The notes below the pieces were generated by a model, which did no database searches, was not told where the DNA came from, and worked only from the letters and a program-made list of their open reading frames with translations. Below are positions 35,420 to 50,900 of a stretch of 64,000 nt of DNA, piece after piece. The stretch's first letter is position 1. Each line of letters starts with the position of its first letter. Both the position numbers and the translations under genes were made by a program. The stretch comes from Octopus vulgaris (taxonomy: Eukaryota): positions 30,008,001 through 30,072,000 of the forward strand of contig OX597827.1 of assembly GCA_951406725.2 (NCBI GenBank). Reading direction: 5' to 3'.

Positions 35420-36813
35420 TTCAACAGATTAGACTTAGAAAAGAAAAAACCCTAACATCGGGCTACAAGTAACCTTAGATGCCAAAAACCCTCCTAAGTA
35501 TCCTAGCTGTCCCTAATAACACTGTTTTCTGGAGCTGTGTTCTAAACTGTTTTTTATGCCTATTTCCTCTAATCATCTGTTCAGGTCTTTAAGGATAGTT
35601 CCCAATGCACCTGTAATTAGTGGGATACATTTTATCCGCCCTTTCCATAGTCTCTGTAACTAAATAGCTAGGTCCAGGTACTTTACTATTTTTTCTATAC
35701 TTCTATTACTCTGTCAGTCTGAATGTTGAAGTCCCACAACATCTTGTATTTCTTACTTTTTAGTACTTTACTAGGTTCATGTTCATACCATTTATCAGTA
35801 TGTTCAAATCCTAGCTTTCTACATAGCTCCCAATGGATTACGCGGCAAGCTGGTAGAATTGTTAGCACGCCGGACAAAATGGTTAGCGGCATTGCATCCG
35901 TCTTTACGTTCTGAGTTCAAATTCCGCCGAGGTCGACTTTGCCATTCACAGTTTCAAGGTCGATAGATTAAGTACCAGTTGAGTACTGGGATTGATGTAA
36001 TCGACTATCCTTCTCCACAAAATTTTTAGGCCTTGTGCCTATAGTAGAATGGATTATTATTATTATTGTTATTATTATTATTTTTTTTTTAAACTCTCAG
36101 CTTATTTTGTTGGATATTCTGATAAGTGTCAGCTGTCCACAGCCAGCAAACTAAGGCGACACTTGTTTCCAATACTAATTTTTAGTCTCTGTCAAGTCGC
36201 GGTAAGGACCTCAGACAGGTTGTTTTTTAAGCAGTATGCATACAGTTTCAAGTAAAGGCCATTTTTGCAATACACCAAGATTGTAGAGTATTTCTAAAGT
36301 GTCCAGATGTTTCTTCAGGTAGAGTGGTATTGAACCCAATGCTCCGATGACAACAGGAACACCCTTTATGTTTGACTCTCGCAGCTTCCATATCTTGGCG
36401 ATCTCACTTTTCAGGTTTCCATATTCTTTCTTTCATCATAATATGTTGATTTCCTGACGCTGCTACAACGATTATCAAGAACCCTTGCTTATCCCTCCTA
36501 AAGGCTATATATCCGCCCTTCGGTGTTCTAACATCTTGTCTTTCAGGAAGCCAAAGTCCCAAATCTTTGCCTTCCTGTTATCGTCTGTTACTTTTTCCGG
36601 TGTACGCTGGTACCAAGCAGCAATTTCCTCATATCCATACTTCTGGTATAGTAGCCAGTGAAGGCTTTGAGCTACCCTTTCGTGTCTGCGTTTGTACCCT
36701 TTTTGCGCAAGTTTTTCACAAGCACTAGCAATATGAGTCACGCTTTCGACTTTCTTCCTGTACATTCTGCAGAGGTTCGTTGCACTTGTGGACTTCGAGA
36801 TATATGAAGTCAA
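35420..36813 (-). pseudogene. Two further RLE-LINE 3' fragments (35420-35840, 36090-36813) with a family A SINE (~35860-36045, +) between them
   Basis: IHWELCRKLG..WYEHEP..LWDFNIQTD; CRM..ESVTHIASAC..RRHE..LHW..IWDF..RADI. Confidence 0.75.
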
Positions 36814-36899
36814 TTATATTTTTAGGGTGGAATTCGAAGTAGATAAAACCACAAATAACAGCAGCTCTGTCATGTTTCCAATCCCGCAATCAGCCTTCT

Positions 36900-38330
36900 A
36901 CTAGTGTTTATAGTATATATCTGTGGTAAAGGTGGTGTCCTTTTTAATAACCATTATCTCTAGGAATGGTAATTTGGTACTACTCATCTCCTTTGTAAAT
37001 TGGAGAGACGGGCGTTCAGGAGGATATTAAACTCTTTCAAAGTATTTAGAGATTCTGTCCAGATTATGAAACAATTGTCAAAGTATTTCTTCCATGCCTT
37101 TTCAATATACTTTCTAAGTTCAGGGCTATAGTTTTCCTCTACTTCTTGGTAGACTTGTTGCTCTAAATATCCCATTACAGAGTTCGCGTAAACGGGGGAA
37201 AACCTCGTTCCCATCACTGTGTCGTTAATTTGGATGTAATTTTTTTCCATTGATGAAGAATGTATAGTACTCCATAAGCCTGACTGTGTCTAATATAACT
37301 GGCACTGTGAATCTGTTGGGGATCACTTCTCTATGTTTTTCTACCCAGTATTTAATCACCTTTATTCCTAAATCATGTAGAATATTGGTGTAACTAAGTA
37401 GAAGTGAATTTGTTTCAGTTCTTTTGAGAAGATGGGACAGGAAGTCGATGTCATCCCGAATGCAAGTGGTATATAAGTAGATAGTGGTTTCAAAACAATG
37501 TCAATAAGATTGCTTAGACGTTGGGTAGGGCATGCTGGACCAGTTGTAATAGGTCTAAGTTTTAAGTCTTTTGGATGCAATAATTTTATGTACTCATTTT
37601 TTAGTTCTTTTACTGCATGCTGAATATCTTTTGATTTATGTATTTTCGGTAAGCTATAGAATTTGCTGGGTTTTGGCTCGAAATTAGTGAGGTAGTCTCT
37701 TTCATTATCGGTAAGTGAGTTGTGGTGTTTTGAAACCAGGTTGTTGATCTTCTTCATGACGTGGTGGTCTATATTAGAAGGTATTTCACAATATAAGGTT
37801 GTGTCCCTCAGTTGGCCCTCAGCCAAATCCTTGTAGCATTCTACATCCATAATAACAATTGCATCCTCTTTATCTGTTTGTTTAATTATTATTGTTTGAT
37901 CGTTTTGTATACGTTTAAGTGCAGACATTTCGGATTTGTTAATATTTGGCCTAACATTAGTATTGTCTCTAAGGAGAAATTTAGACAAGATATCAATGTA
38001 TTGGTCAAGATAGTTATTTCTTCCTTTTGGTGGGGCAAATTTTGATTTATTCTTTACTAGGGATTCATCAATCTGATTAGTTTTATTTGTGAATAATTCT
38101 ACAAGTCGTAACTTACAACAGAATTTTTTAATATCCTCCTTTAGTTCTTGGTGGTTGACTGTTGATGTAAATTTCAGTTCTTTTGACATAAGTTGGATTT
38201 CATCATTGTCAAGATCTCTTTTGGATAAATTAACTATTTTAGGATCTATATGTTGAGTAGTTTGGGGTATGTTACCTCTTGGATTTTATCTTTCTCCATG
38301 TCTGTTTTCGTTCGGTTTCCTTGTATGTCT
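36900..38330 (-). pseudogene. Penelope-like element reverse transcriptase remnant
   Basis: IIIKQTDKEDAIVIMD, KFYSLPKIHK, LRPIT, MGTRFSPVYAN, WKKYFDNCFIIW (degenerate RYxDD). These are PLE-type RT motifs; frameshifted. Confidence 0.8.
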
Positions 38331-38615
38331 CCACTATCATGTTTTTGCTACCAACTTTGACCCTCTCAAATCCTAATTTTTATTTTGGTTTGCGGGAGCA
38401 ACTGCCTTCGAAGACTCATATTGTCGTTCAGTGCTCGAAATGAGGAGCAGATGGACAGCCGACATCTGATTAAGGGTCGTTATATTACTTGTCCTGTTTT
38501 CCATTTGTTTCTCTCGTTGCTCATATATTCAACTCTTTTGTTTTCGCATTTCATGTTGTTTATGGTTTGTGACGTCCTGTACCCACATATACATATATAT
38601 ATATGTGTGTGTATG

Positions 38616-38665
<50 letters not shown>

Positions 38666-38734
38666 CATACAAACAAGCAGTCGCATATATATGTATGTAC
38701 ATATATATGCATGTATATTATATATGTACATGTG

Positions 38735-38783
<49 letters not shown>

Positions 38784-38890
38784 TATGTATATTATATATA
38801 TATACATACAAATATATATATATATATATATTTTCATACATACATACCTACGTATATACATATATGTATGTATGTATTATGTGTATTAGC

Positions 38891-38932
38891 ACTAACGTTG
38901 TGTTTCTTTCTCATACGCTTCATCCAATGTAG
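38891..38932 (+). promoter_or_regulatory. Branch point and 3' splice site of intron 2
   Basis: ACTAAC, pyrimidine tract, then TAG. The phase-1 junction gives ..TQ-S-NGEKVGC.. in frame with ORF 39007. Confidence 0.7.
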
Positions 38933-41900
38933 CAAATGGAGAAAAGGTTGGCTGTTCAAAAGTCCCTGCAATCAAGATTTCAGATAGACCGGACAAAACT
39001 AATCTAATGAACGTAACGGTGACGGTGCCAAGAAGGGATTCTGCAGCCATGGAATGCTATGCCAATGAAGCCTTTGTAAACATTAGTGGTGTTGGCGACT
39101 TCTGTGATAGTCACTGTCGACTTGGAAAATGTCCTCGTAAATGGTGTGTATGTAACAGAACAGAAGACAAGGGACAAGATTTCAAATGTGTGGTCAATAA
39201 GTATTATGAGAATATCGATGATCTCTTGACCTGGTGCTATGCACTTTGCGCTACAACACAGTATTGTCCGACACAGTATTGCATTTGCAGTGGCACACCA
39301 CGTGAAATAGCAAATACAGATTTCATGGGACCTGAAGAATTAAAAGAAATTACTTGCAGATTAACTAAGGGTTACGAAGGGATTCCAGGATTGTTAAAAT
39401 GGTGCTATCGTTTGTGCAAAGGGCGATATTGTCCACGGACACATTGTATATGCAGTGTCGTTTCAGATACAACACCGGTACCAAAGCCCATACTAAGATG
39501 TTCAGTGACGAATCGTTACAAACGGCTCCCAGGTGTTTTGAGTTGGTGCTATGTAATATGTGAAAGAGGATACTGCCCAAAATCTTTTTGCATTTGCACA
39601 AAATCTATCACTCCTCCTCCGACCACACCCAAAATGGAATTGAGTTGTAAAGTGAATAGAAAATTTGGTGCAATACGAGGAATGATGTACTGGTGTTTAA
39701 ACAATTGTCCATTGGGTAACTGTCCGAAATCACACTGCGAATGCGCAATGGTCAGAGTCACATCACCAACAACAACTCCAACAACCACACAAACAACAAG
39801 ATTAAGGAGGAGACGAACGATAATAATAAGGAGAAGAATAACGCGCATAATAAGAATAACATTCATAAGAACCCAGCCAGCAAGAGTAGGGACAACAATA
39901 CAACCAAGAACAACGCGAATTATTCGAAGAACAAGGATAATCATACGAATAATAACAATCATTATCAGAAGAACAATACTGCTAAAACGAACAACACCTG
40001 CATTTACAAGAAATACGACAAAAACAGCAAATGCAACAGCAAGAAGCACGTTGAACAACGGGACAACGACAACGGCAAACACAACAGTGTCGCTAACTGT
40101 AACAACACAGAATATAACAGCAACAACAGGAGTAACAATACAAAATCAAACTACTACAACACAAACAGCAAACAGAACCATAGAAATAACAACAAAACCA
40201 ACAACCATACCAACAACTAAACCCTCGACAGTACCAACAACAACACCAACAACCACACCAACAACCACACCAACAACAACACCAACAACAACACCAACAA
40301 ACACACCAAAAGGACCAACAACCACACCCACTACAACATCAACAAGAACACCTAAAACAACACCAACAACCACACACAGAACAACACCAACAACAACACC
40401 GACAACAGCACAAACAACAACACCAACAACCACACCTACAACCACACCAACAACCACACAAACAACCACACCTACAAACACACCAACAACAACACATACA
40501 ACCACGCCTACAACAACAACAACAACAGCACCAACATCAACACCTACAACCACGCCAACAACCACTCCAAAATCCACACCCACAACAACACCTACAACAA
40601 CACCTTCGACCACACCAACAACAAAACCAACAACCTCACAAACAACGACACCTACAACAACAACTACAACATCACCAACAAGCACACTTACAATCTCAGC
40701 CACAACCACACCTACAACCACACCAACAACCACGCCCACAACCACACCAACAACAACACCTGCAACCACACCAACAACAACACCTACAACCAGACCTACA
40801 ACCACCCCAACAACCACACCTACAACAACACCAACATCCACACGAACAACCACACCAACAACAACACCTACAACTACAGCAACAACCACACCAACAACCA
40901 GATCTTCAACCTCACCAACAAACACACCACCAACCACACCTACAACCACACCAACAACAACACCAACAACTACACCATCAACAACACCAACTATCACACC
41001 TACAACCACACCTACAACCACACCAACAACAACACCAACAACAACACCAACAACAACACCAACAACAACACCTACAACCACACCTACAAACTCCCTAACA
41101 AACACACCAACAACAATACCTACAACAACTCCAACCACCACACCAACTACTACACCAACAACCACACCAACAACTACACCAACAACAACACCTACATCAA
41201 CACAAACAACCACCACTTCAACTACACCTACAACCACACCTACAACCACACCAACAACCACACCTACAACCAGACCAACATCCACACCAACAACAAGACC
41301 TACAAGCACGCCTACAACCTCACCAACAACAACACCTACAACCTCTCCAACTACCACACCAACAACCACGCCAACAACAACAATCACAACCACACCTACA
41401 ACAACACCTACAACCACACCTACAACCACACCAACAACCACACCTACAACCAGACCAACATCCACACCAACAACAACACCTACAACCACACCTACAACCT
41501 CACCAACAACAACACCTACAACCACGCCAACAACCACTCCAACATCCACGCCCACAACAACACCTACAAACACACCTTCGACCACACCAACAACAAAACC
41601 AACAACTTCACCAACAACGACACCAACAACAACACCAACAACTACACCTACAACCACACCTACAACCTCACCAACAACCACACCTACAACCTCTCCAACC
41701 ACCACACCAACAACAACACCAACAACAACACCTACAACCACGCCAACAACCACTCCAACATCCACACCCACAACAACACCAACAACAACACCTTCCACCA
41801 CACCAACAACAACACCAACAACTACACCAACAACCACACCAACGACAACACCAACAACAATACCTACAACCACTCCAACCACCACACCAACAACAACAAC

Positions 41901-44900
41901 TACAGCAACACCTGCAACCTCACCAACAACTACACCTACAAACTCTCCAACCACCACACCAACAACAACACCAACAACAACACCTACAACCACACCAACA
42001 ACTACTCAAACATCCACACCCACAACAACACCTACAACAACACCTTCGACCACACCAACAACAAAACCAACAACCTCACCAACAACTACACCAACAGCCA
42101 CACCTACATCCACACCAACAACACCTACAACCTCTCCAACCACCACACCAACAACAACACCAACAACAATACCAACAACCACTCCAACCACCACACTAAC
42201 AACAACACCTACATCCACGCCAACAACCACACCAACATCCTCACCAACAGCAACACCAACAACTACACCAACAACCACACCAACGACAACACCAACAACA
42301 ATACCAACAACCACTCCAACCACCACACTAACAACAACACCTACAACCACGCCAGCAACCACACCAACATCCTCACCAACAACAACACCTACAACAACAC
42401 CTAGAACTTCACCAACAACCACACCTACAACCTCTCCAACCACCACACCAACAACTACACCAACAACCACAGCAACAACCTCCCTAACAACCACACCAAC
42501 AACAACAGCAACCACTCCAACCACCACACCAACTACTACACCAACAACCACACCTACATCCACACCAACAACACCTACAACCACACCAACAACCACACCT
42601 TCAACTACACCTACAACCACACCTACATCCACACCAACAACCACACCAACAACCACACCAACATCCTCACCGACAACAACACCTACAACCACACCTACAA
42701 ACTCACCAACAACACCTACAACCTCTCCAACCACCACACCAACAACCACGCCAACAGCAACACCTACAACCACACCTACAACATCACCAACAACCACCTA
42801 CAACAACCTCCCAACCACCACACCAACAACAACACCTACAACCACGCCAACAGCCACTCCAACATCCACACCCACAACAACACCTACAACAACACCTTCG
42901 ACCACACCAACAACCTCACCAACAACGACACCAACAACAACACCAACAACCACACCTACATCCACACCAACAACACCTACAACCACTCCAACCACCACAC
43001 CAACAACAACACCAACAACACCACCAACCACGCCAACAACCACTCCAACATCCACACCAACAACAACACCTACAACAACCCCTTCGACCACACCAACCCC
43101 TTCGACCACAAAAACAACAACCTCACCAACAACGACACCAACAACAACACCAACAACTACACCAACAACAACACCAACGACAACACCAACAACAATACCT
43201 ACAACCACTCCAACCACCACACCAACAACAACACCTACAACCACGCCAACAACCACACCAACATCCACACCAACAACAACACCTACAACCACACCTACAA
43301 CCTCACCAACAACCACACCTACAACCTCTCCAACCACCACACCAACAACTACACCAACAACCACACCAACAACCTCCCTAACAACCACTCCAACAACAAC
43401 AACTACAACCACTACAACCACGGCACCAACTACTACACCAACAACCACACCAACAACACCTACAACCACACCAACAACCACACCTACAACCACACCAACA
43501 TCCACACCAACAACAAAACCAACAACAACAACCCAACACCCACAACCACACCAACAACAACGCCAACTACGACACCAACAACCACACCTACAACCACACC
43601 AACAACAACACCCACAACCACACCTACAATCACACCAACAACAACACCTACAACCACACCAACAACCACACCTACAACTACACGTACAACCACACCTACA
43701 ATCACACCAACAACGACACCTACAACCACACCAACAACCACACCAACAACCACACCAACAACAACACCAACAACCACACCTACAACCACACCAACAACAA
43801 CACCTACAACCTCTCCGACCACCACACCAACAACCACGCCAACAGCAACACCTACAACCACACCTACAACATCACCAACAACCACACCTACAACAACACC
43901 AACAACCACACCTACAACATCACCAACAACCACACCTACAACTTCTCCAACCACCACACCAACAACAACACCAACAACAACACCTACAACCACGCCAACA
44001 GCCACTCCAACATCCACACCCACAACAACACCTACAACAACACCTTCGACCACACCAACAACCTCACCAACAACGACACCAACAACAACACCAACAACTA
44101 CACCAACAACCACACCTACATCCACACCAACAACACCTACAACCACTCCAACCACCACACCAACAACAACACCAACAACAACACCTACAACCACGCCAAC
44201 AACCACTCCAACATCCACACCAACAACAACACCTACAACAACCCCTTCGACCACACCAACCCCTTCGACCACAAAAACAACAACCTCACCAACAACGACA
44301 CCAACATCAACACCAACAACTACACCAACAACCACACCAACGACAACACCAACAACAATACCTACAACCACTCCAACCACCACACCAACAACAACACCTA
44401 CAACCACGCCAACAACCACACCAAACAACAACACCTACAACCACACCTACAACCTCACCAACAACCACACCTACAACCTCTCCAACCACCACACCAACAA
44501 CTACACCAACAACCACACCAACAACCTCCCTAACAACCACTCCAACAACAACAACTACAACCACTACAACCACGGCACCAACTACTACACCAAAAACCAA
44601 ACCTACATCCACACCAACAACACCTACAACCACACCAACAACCACACCTACAACCACACCAACATCCACACCAACAACAAAACCAACAACAACACCCACA
44701 ACCACACCAACAACAACGCCAACTACGACACCAACAACCACACCTACAACCACACCAACAACAACACCCACAAACACACCTACAATCACACCAACAATAA
44801 CACCTACAACCACACCAACAACCACACCTACAACTACACGTACAACCACACCTACAATCACACCAACAACGACACCTACAACCACACCAACAACCACACC

Positions 44901-47900
44901 AACAACCACACCAACAACAACACCTACAACCACACCTACAACCACACCAACAACAACACCTACAACCTCTCCGACCACCACACCAACAACCACGCCAACA
45001 GCAACACCTACAACCACACCAACAACATCACCAACAACCACACCTACAACAACACCAACAACCACACCTACAACATCACCAACAACCACACCTACAACTT
45101 CTCCAACCACCACACCAACAACAACACCAACAACAACACCTACAACCACGCCAACAGCCACTCCAACATCCACACCCACACAACAACACCAACAACCACA
45201 CCAACAACCTCACCAACAACGACACCAACAACAACACCAACAACTACACCAACAACCACACCTACATCCACACCAACAACACCTACAACCTCTCCAACCA
45301 CCACACCAACAACAACACCAACAACCTTCGACCACACCAACAACCTTCGACCACACCAACAACAAAACCAACAACCTCACCAACAACGACACCAACAACA
45401 ACACCAAAAACTACACCAACAACAACACCAACGACAACACCAACAACAATACCTACAACCACTCCAACCACCACACCAACAACAACACCTACAACCACGC
45501 CAACAACCACACCTACAACCTCTCCAACCACCACACCAACAACTACACCAACAACCACACCAACAACAACCACACCAACAACCACACCAACAACCACACC
45601 AACAACCACTCCAACCACCACACCAACTACTACACCAACAACCACACCTACATCCACACCAACAACCACACCTACATCCACACCAACATCACCTACAACC
45701 ACACCAACAACCACACCTTCAACTACACCTACAACCACACCTACAACCACACAAACAATCACACCAACAACCACACCAACATCCACACCAACAGCATCAC
45801 CTACAACCACACCTACAACATCACCAACAACCACACCTACAACCTCTCCAACCACCACACCAACAACAACACCAACAACAACACCTACAACCACGCCAAC
45901 AGCCACTCCAACATCCACACCCACAACAACACCTACAAGAACACCTTCGACCACACCAACAACCTCACCAACAACGACACCAACAACAACACCAACAACT
46001 ACACCAACAACCACACCTACATCCACACCAACAACACCTACAACCACTCCAACCACCACACCAACAACAACACCAACAACAACACCTACAACCACTCCAA
46101 CAACCACTCCAACATCAACACCAACAACAACACCTACAACAACCCCTTCGACCACACCAACCCCTTCGACCACAAAAACAACAACCTCACCAACAACGAC
46201 ACCAACAACAAAACCAACAACTACACCAACAACCACACCAACGACAACACCAACAACAATACCTACAACCACTCCAACCACCACACCAACAACAACACCT
46301 ACAACCACGCCAACAACCACACCAACATCCTCACCAACAACAACACCTACAACCACACCTACAACCTCACCAACAACCACACCTACAACCTCTCCAACCA
46401 CCACACCAACAACTTCACCAACAACCACACCAACAACCTCCCTAACAACCACTCCAACAACAACAACTACAACCACTACAGCCACCACACCAACAACCAC
46501 ACCAACAACCACACCAACAACCACACCAACAACCACACCTACAACCACACCAACATCCACACCAACAACAAAACCAACAACAACACCACCACAACCACAC
46601 CAACAACAACACCAACAACAACACCAACACACTACACCAACAACCACACCTACATCCACACCAACAACACCTACAACCACACCAACAACCACACCTACAA
46701 CCACACCAACATCCACACCAACAACAAAACCAACAACAACACCCACAACCACACCAACAACAACACCAACAACGACACCAACAACCACACCTACAACCAC
46801 ACCAACAACAACACCCACAACCACACCTACAATCACACCAACAACCACACCTACAACCACACCAACAACCACACCTACAACTACACGTACAACCACACCT
46901 ACAATCACACCAACAACGACACCTACAACCACACCAACATCCACACCAACAACAACACCTACAACCACACCTACAACCTCACCAACAACAACACCTACAA
47001 CCTCTCCGACCACCACACCAACAACCACGCCAACAGCAACACCAACAACCACACCTACAACATCACCAACAACCACACCTACAACATCACCAACAACCAC
47101 ACCTACAACATCACCAACAACCACACCTACAACCTCTCCAACCACCACACCAACAACAACACCAACAACACACCTACAACCACGCCAACAACCACTCCAA
47201 CATCCACACCCACAACAACACCTACAACAACANNNNNNNNNNNNNNNNNNNNNNNNNNNNNNNNNNNNNNNNNNNNNNNNNNNNNNNNNNNNNNNNNNNN
47301 NNNNNNNNNNNNNNNNNNNNNNNNNNNNNNNNTACACGTACAATCACACCTACAATCACACCAACAACGACATCTACAACCACACCAACAACAACACCAA
47401 CAACTACACCAACAACAACACCCACAACCACACCTACAACCACACCAACAACCACACCAACAACCACACCAACAACAACATCTACAACCATACCAACTAC
47501 TACACCAACAACCACACCTACATCCACACCAACAACACCAACCACACCAACAACCACACCTACCACTACACCTACAACCACACCTACAACCACACCAACA
47601 ACCACACCTACAAGCACACCAACACCAGCACCAACATCAACACCTACAACCAAGCCAACAACCACTCCAACATCCACACCCACAACAACACCTACAACAA
47701 CACCTACAACAAAACCTTCGACCACACCAACAACAAAACCAACAACCTCACCAACAACGACACCAACAACCTCACCAACAACTACACCAACAACCACACC
47801 AACGACAAAACCAACAACAATACCTACAACCACTCCAAACACCACACCAACAACAACACCTACAACCACGCCAACAACCACACCCACAACCACACCAACA

Positions 47901-50900
47901 ACAACGCCAACTACGACACCAACAACCACACCTACAACCACACCAACAACAACACCCAGAACCACAACAACAACAACACCCACAAACACACCTACAATCA
48001 CACCAACAATAACACCTACAACCACACCAACAACAACACCTACAACCACACTAACAACCACACGTACAACCACACCTACAATCACACCAACAGCGACACC
48101 TACAACAACACCAACAACAACACCAACAACAACACCAACAACAACACCCACAACCACACCTACAATCACACCAACAACCACACCTACAACCTCCCTAACA
48201 ACCACACCAACAACAACACCTACAACCACTCCAACCACCACACCAACTACTACACCAACAACTACACCTACATCCACACCAACAACACCTACAACCACAC
48301 CAACAACCACACCTACAACCACACCAACATCCACACCAACAACAACACCTACAACCACACCTACAACCTCACCAACGACCACACCTACAACCTCTCCAAC
48401 CACCACATCAACAACCACACCAACAACAACATCTACAACCACACAAACTACTACGCCAACAACCACACCTACATCTACACCAACAACACCAACAACCACA
48501 CCAACAACCACACCAAAAACCACACCTACCACTACACCTACAACCACACCTACAACCACACCAACAACCACACCTACAACCACACCAACAACAGCAACAA
48601 CAACACCTACAACCACACGCCAACAACCACTCCAACATCCACACCCACAACAACACCTACAACAACACCTACAACAACACCTTCGACCACACCAACAACA
48701 AAACCAACAACCTCACCAACAACGACACCTACAACAACACCTACAACCTCACCAACAAGCACACTTACAACCTCAGCCACAACCACACCTACAACCACAC
48801 CAACAACCACGCCCACCACCACACCAACAACAACACCAACAACAAAACCTACAACCACTCCAACAACAACACCTGCAACCACACCAACAACTACCCCAAC
48901 AACCACACCTACAACCACAACAACATCACACCAACAATCACACCAACAACAACACCTACAACTACAGCAACAATTGCACCAACAACCACAACAACACCAA
49001 CAACACCAACAACCAACCACACTTACAACCTCACCCACAACCACACCTACACCCACACCAACAACCACACCAACAACAACACCAACAACTATACCAACAA
49101 CAACACCAACTATCACACCTACATCCACACCTACAACCATACCAACAACAACACCAACAACAACACCAACAACAACACCAACAACAACACCTACAACAAC
49201 ACCCACAACATCACCAACAACCACACCTACAACCTCCGCCACAACCACACCTACAACCACACCAACAACCACGCCCACAACCACACCAACAACAACACCA
49301 AAAACAACACCTACAACCACTCCAGCAACACCTGCAACCACACCAACAACAACACCTACAACCAGACCTACAACAACACCAACAACCACACCTACAACCA
49401 CACCAACAACCACACCAACAAAAACACCTACAACCACTCCAACAACCACACCTACAACTACACCTACAACCACACCTACAACCACACCAACAACGACACC
49501 AACAACAATACCAAAAACAACACCAACAACTACACCAACAACAAAACTTTCAACCACATCAACAACCACACCAACAACAACACCAACAACCACACCAACA
49601 ACCATACCAACAACCACACCTACAACCACTCCAACAACAACACCTCCAACCACACCTACAACCACACCAACAACAACACCTACAACCACAACCTCTACAA
49701 CCTCACTAACATCCACACCTACAACCTCCCTAACAACCACACCAACAACAACACCTACAACCACACCAACAACCACATCTACAACTACACCTACGACCAC
49801 ACCTACAACCACACCAACAACCACACCTACAACAACACCAACATCCACACCAACAACAACACCTAGAACCACACCTACAACCACACCTACAACTTCTCCA
49901 ACCACCACACCATCAACCACACCAACAACAACACCTACAACCACACCTACAACCTCTCCAACAACCACACCTACAACCTCTCCAACCACCACACCAACAA
50001 CAACACCAACAACAACACCTACAACCACACCCACAACCTCTCCAACCACCACACCATCAATCACACCAACAACCACACCAATAACAACACCTACAACCAC
50101 GCCAACAACCACTCCAACATCCACGCCGACAACAACACCTACAACAACACCTTCGACCACACCAACAACAAAACCAACAACCTCACCAACAACGACACCA
50201 ACAACAACACCAACAACTACACCAACAACCACACCAACGACAGCACCAACAACAATACCTACAACCACTCCAACCACCACACCAACAACAACACCTACAA
50301 CCACGGCAACAACCACACCAACATCCTCACCAACAACAACACCTACAACCACATCTACAACCTCACCAACAACCACACCTACAACCTCTCCAACCACCAC
50401 ACCAACAACAAAACCAACAACCTCACCAACAACGACACCAACAACAACACCAACAACTACACCAACAACCACACCTACATCCACACCAACAACACCTACA
50501 ACCTCTCCAACCACCACACCAACAACAACACCAACAACAACACCTACAACCACGCCAACAACCACTCCAACATCCACACCCACAACAACGCCTACAACAA
50601 CAACTTCGACCACACCAACCACAAAACCAACAACCTCACCAACAAGGACACCAACAACAACACCAACAACTACACCAACAACCACACCAACGACAACACC
50701 AACAACAATACCTACAACCTCTCCAACCACCACACCAACAACAACACCTACAACCACACCAACAACCACACCAACATCCTCACCAACAACAACACCTACA
50801 ACCACACCTACAACCTCACGAACAACCACATCTACAACCTCTCCAACAACCACACCATCAACAACACCAACAACAATACCTACAACCACTCCAACAACAA

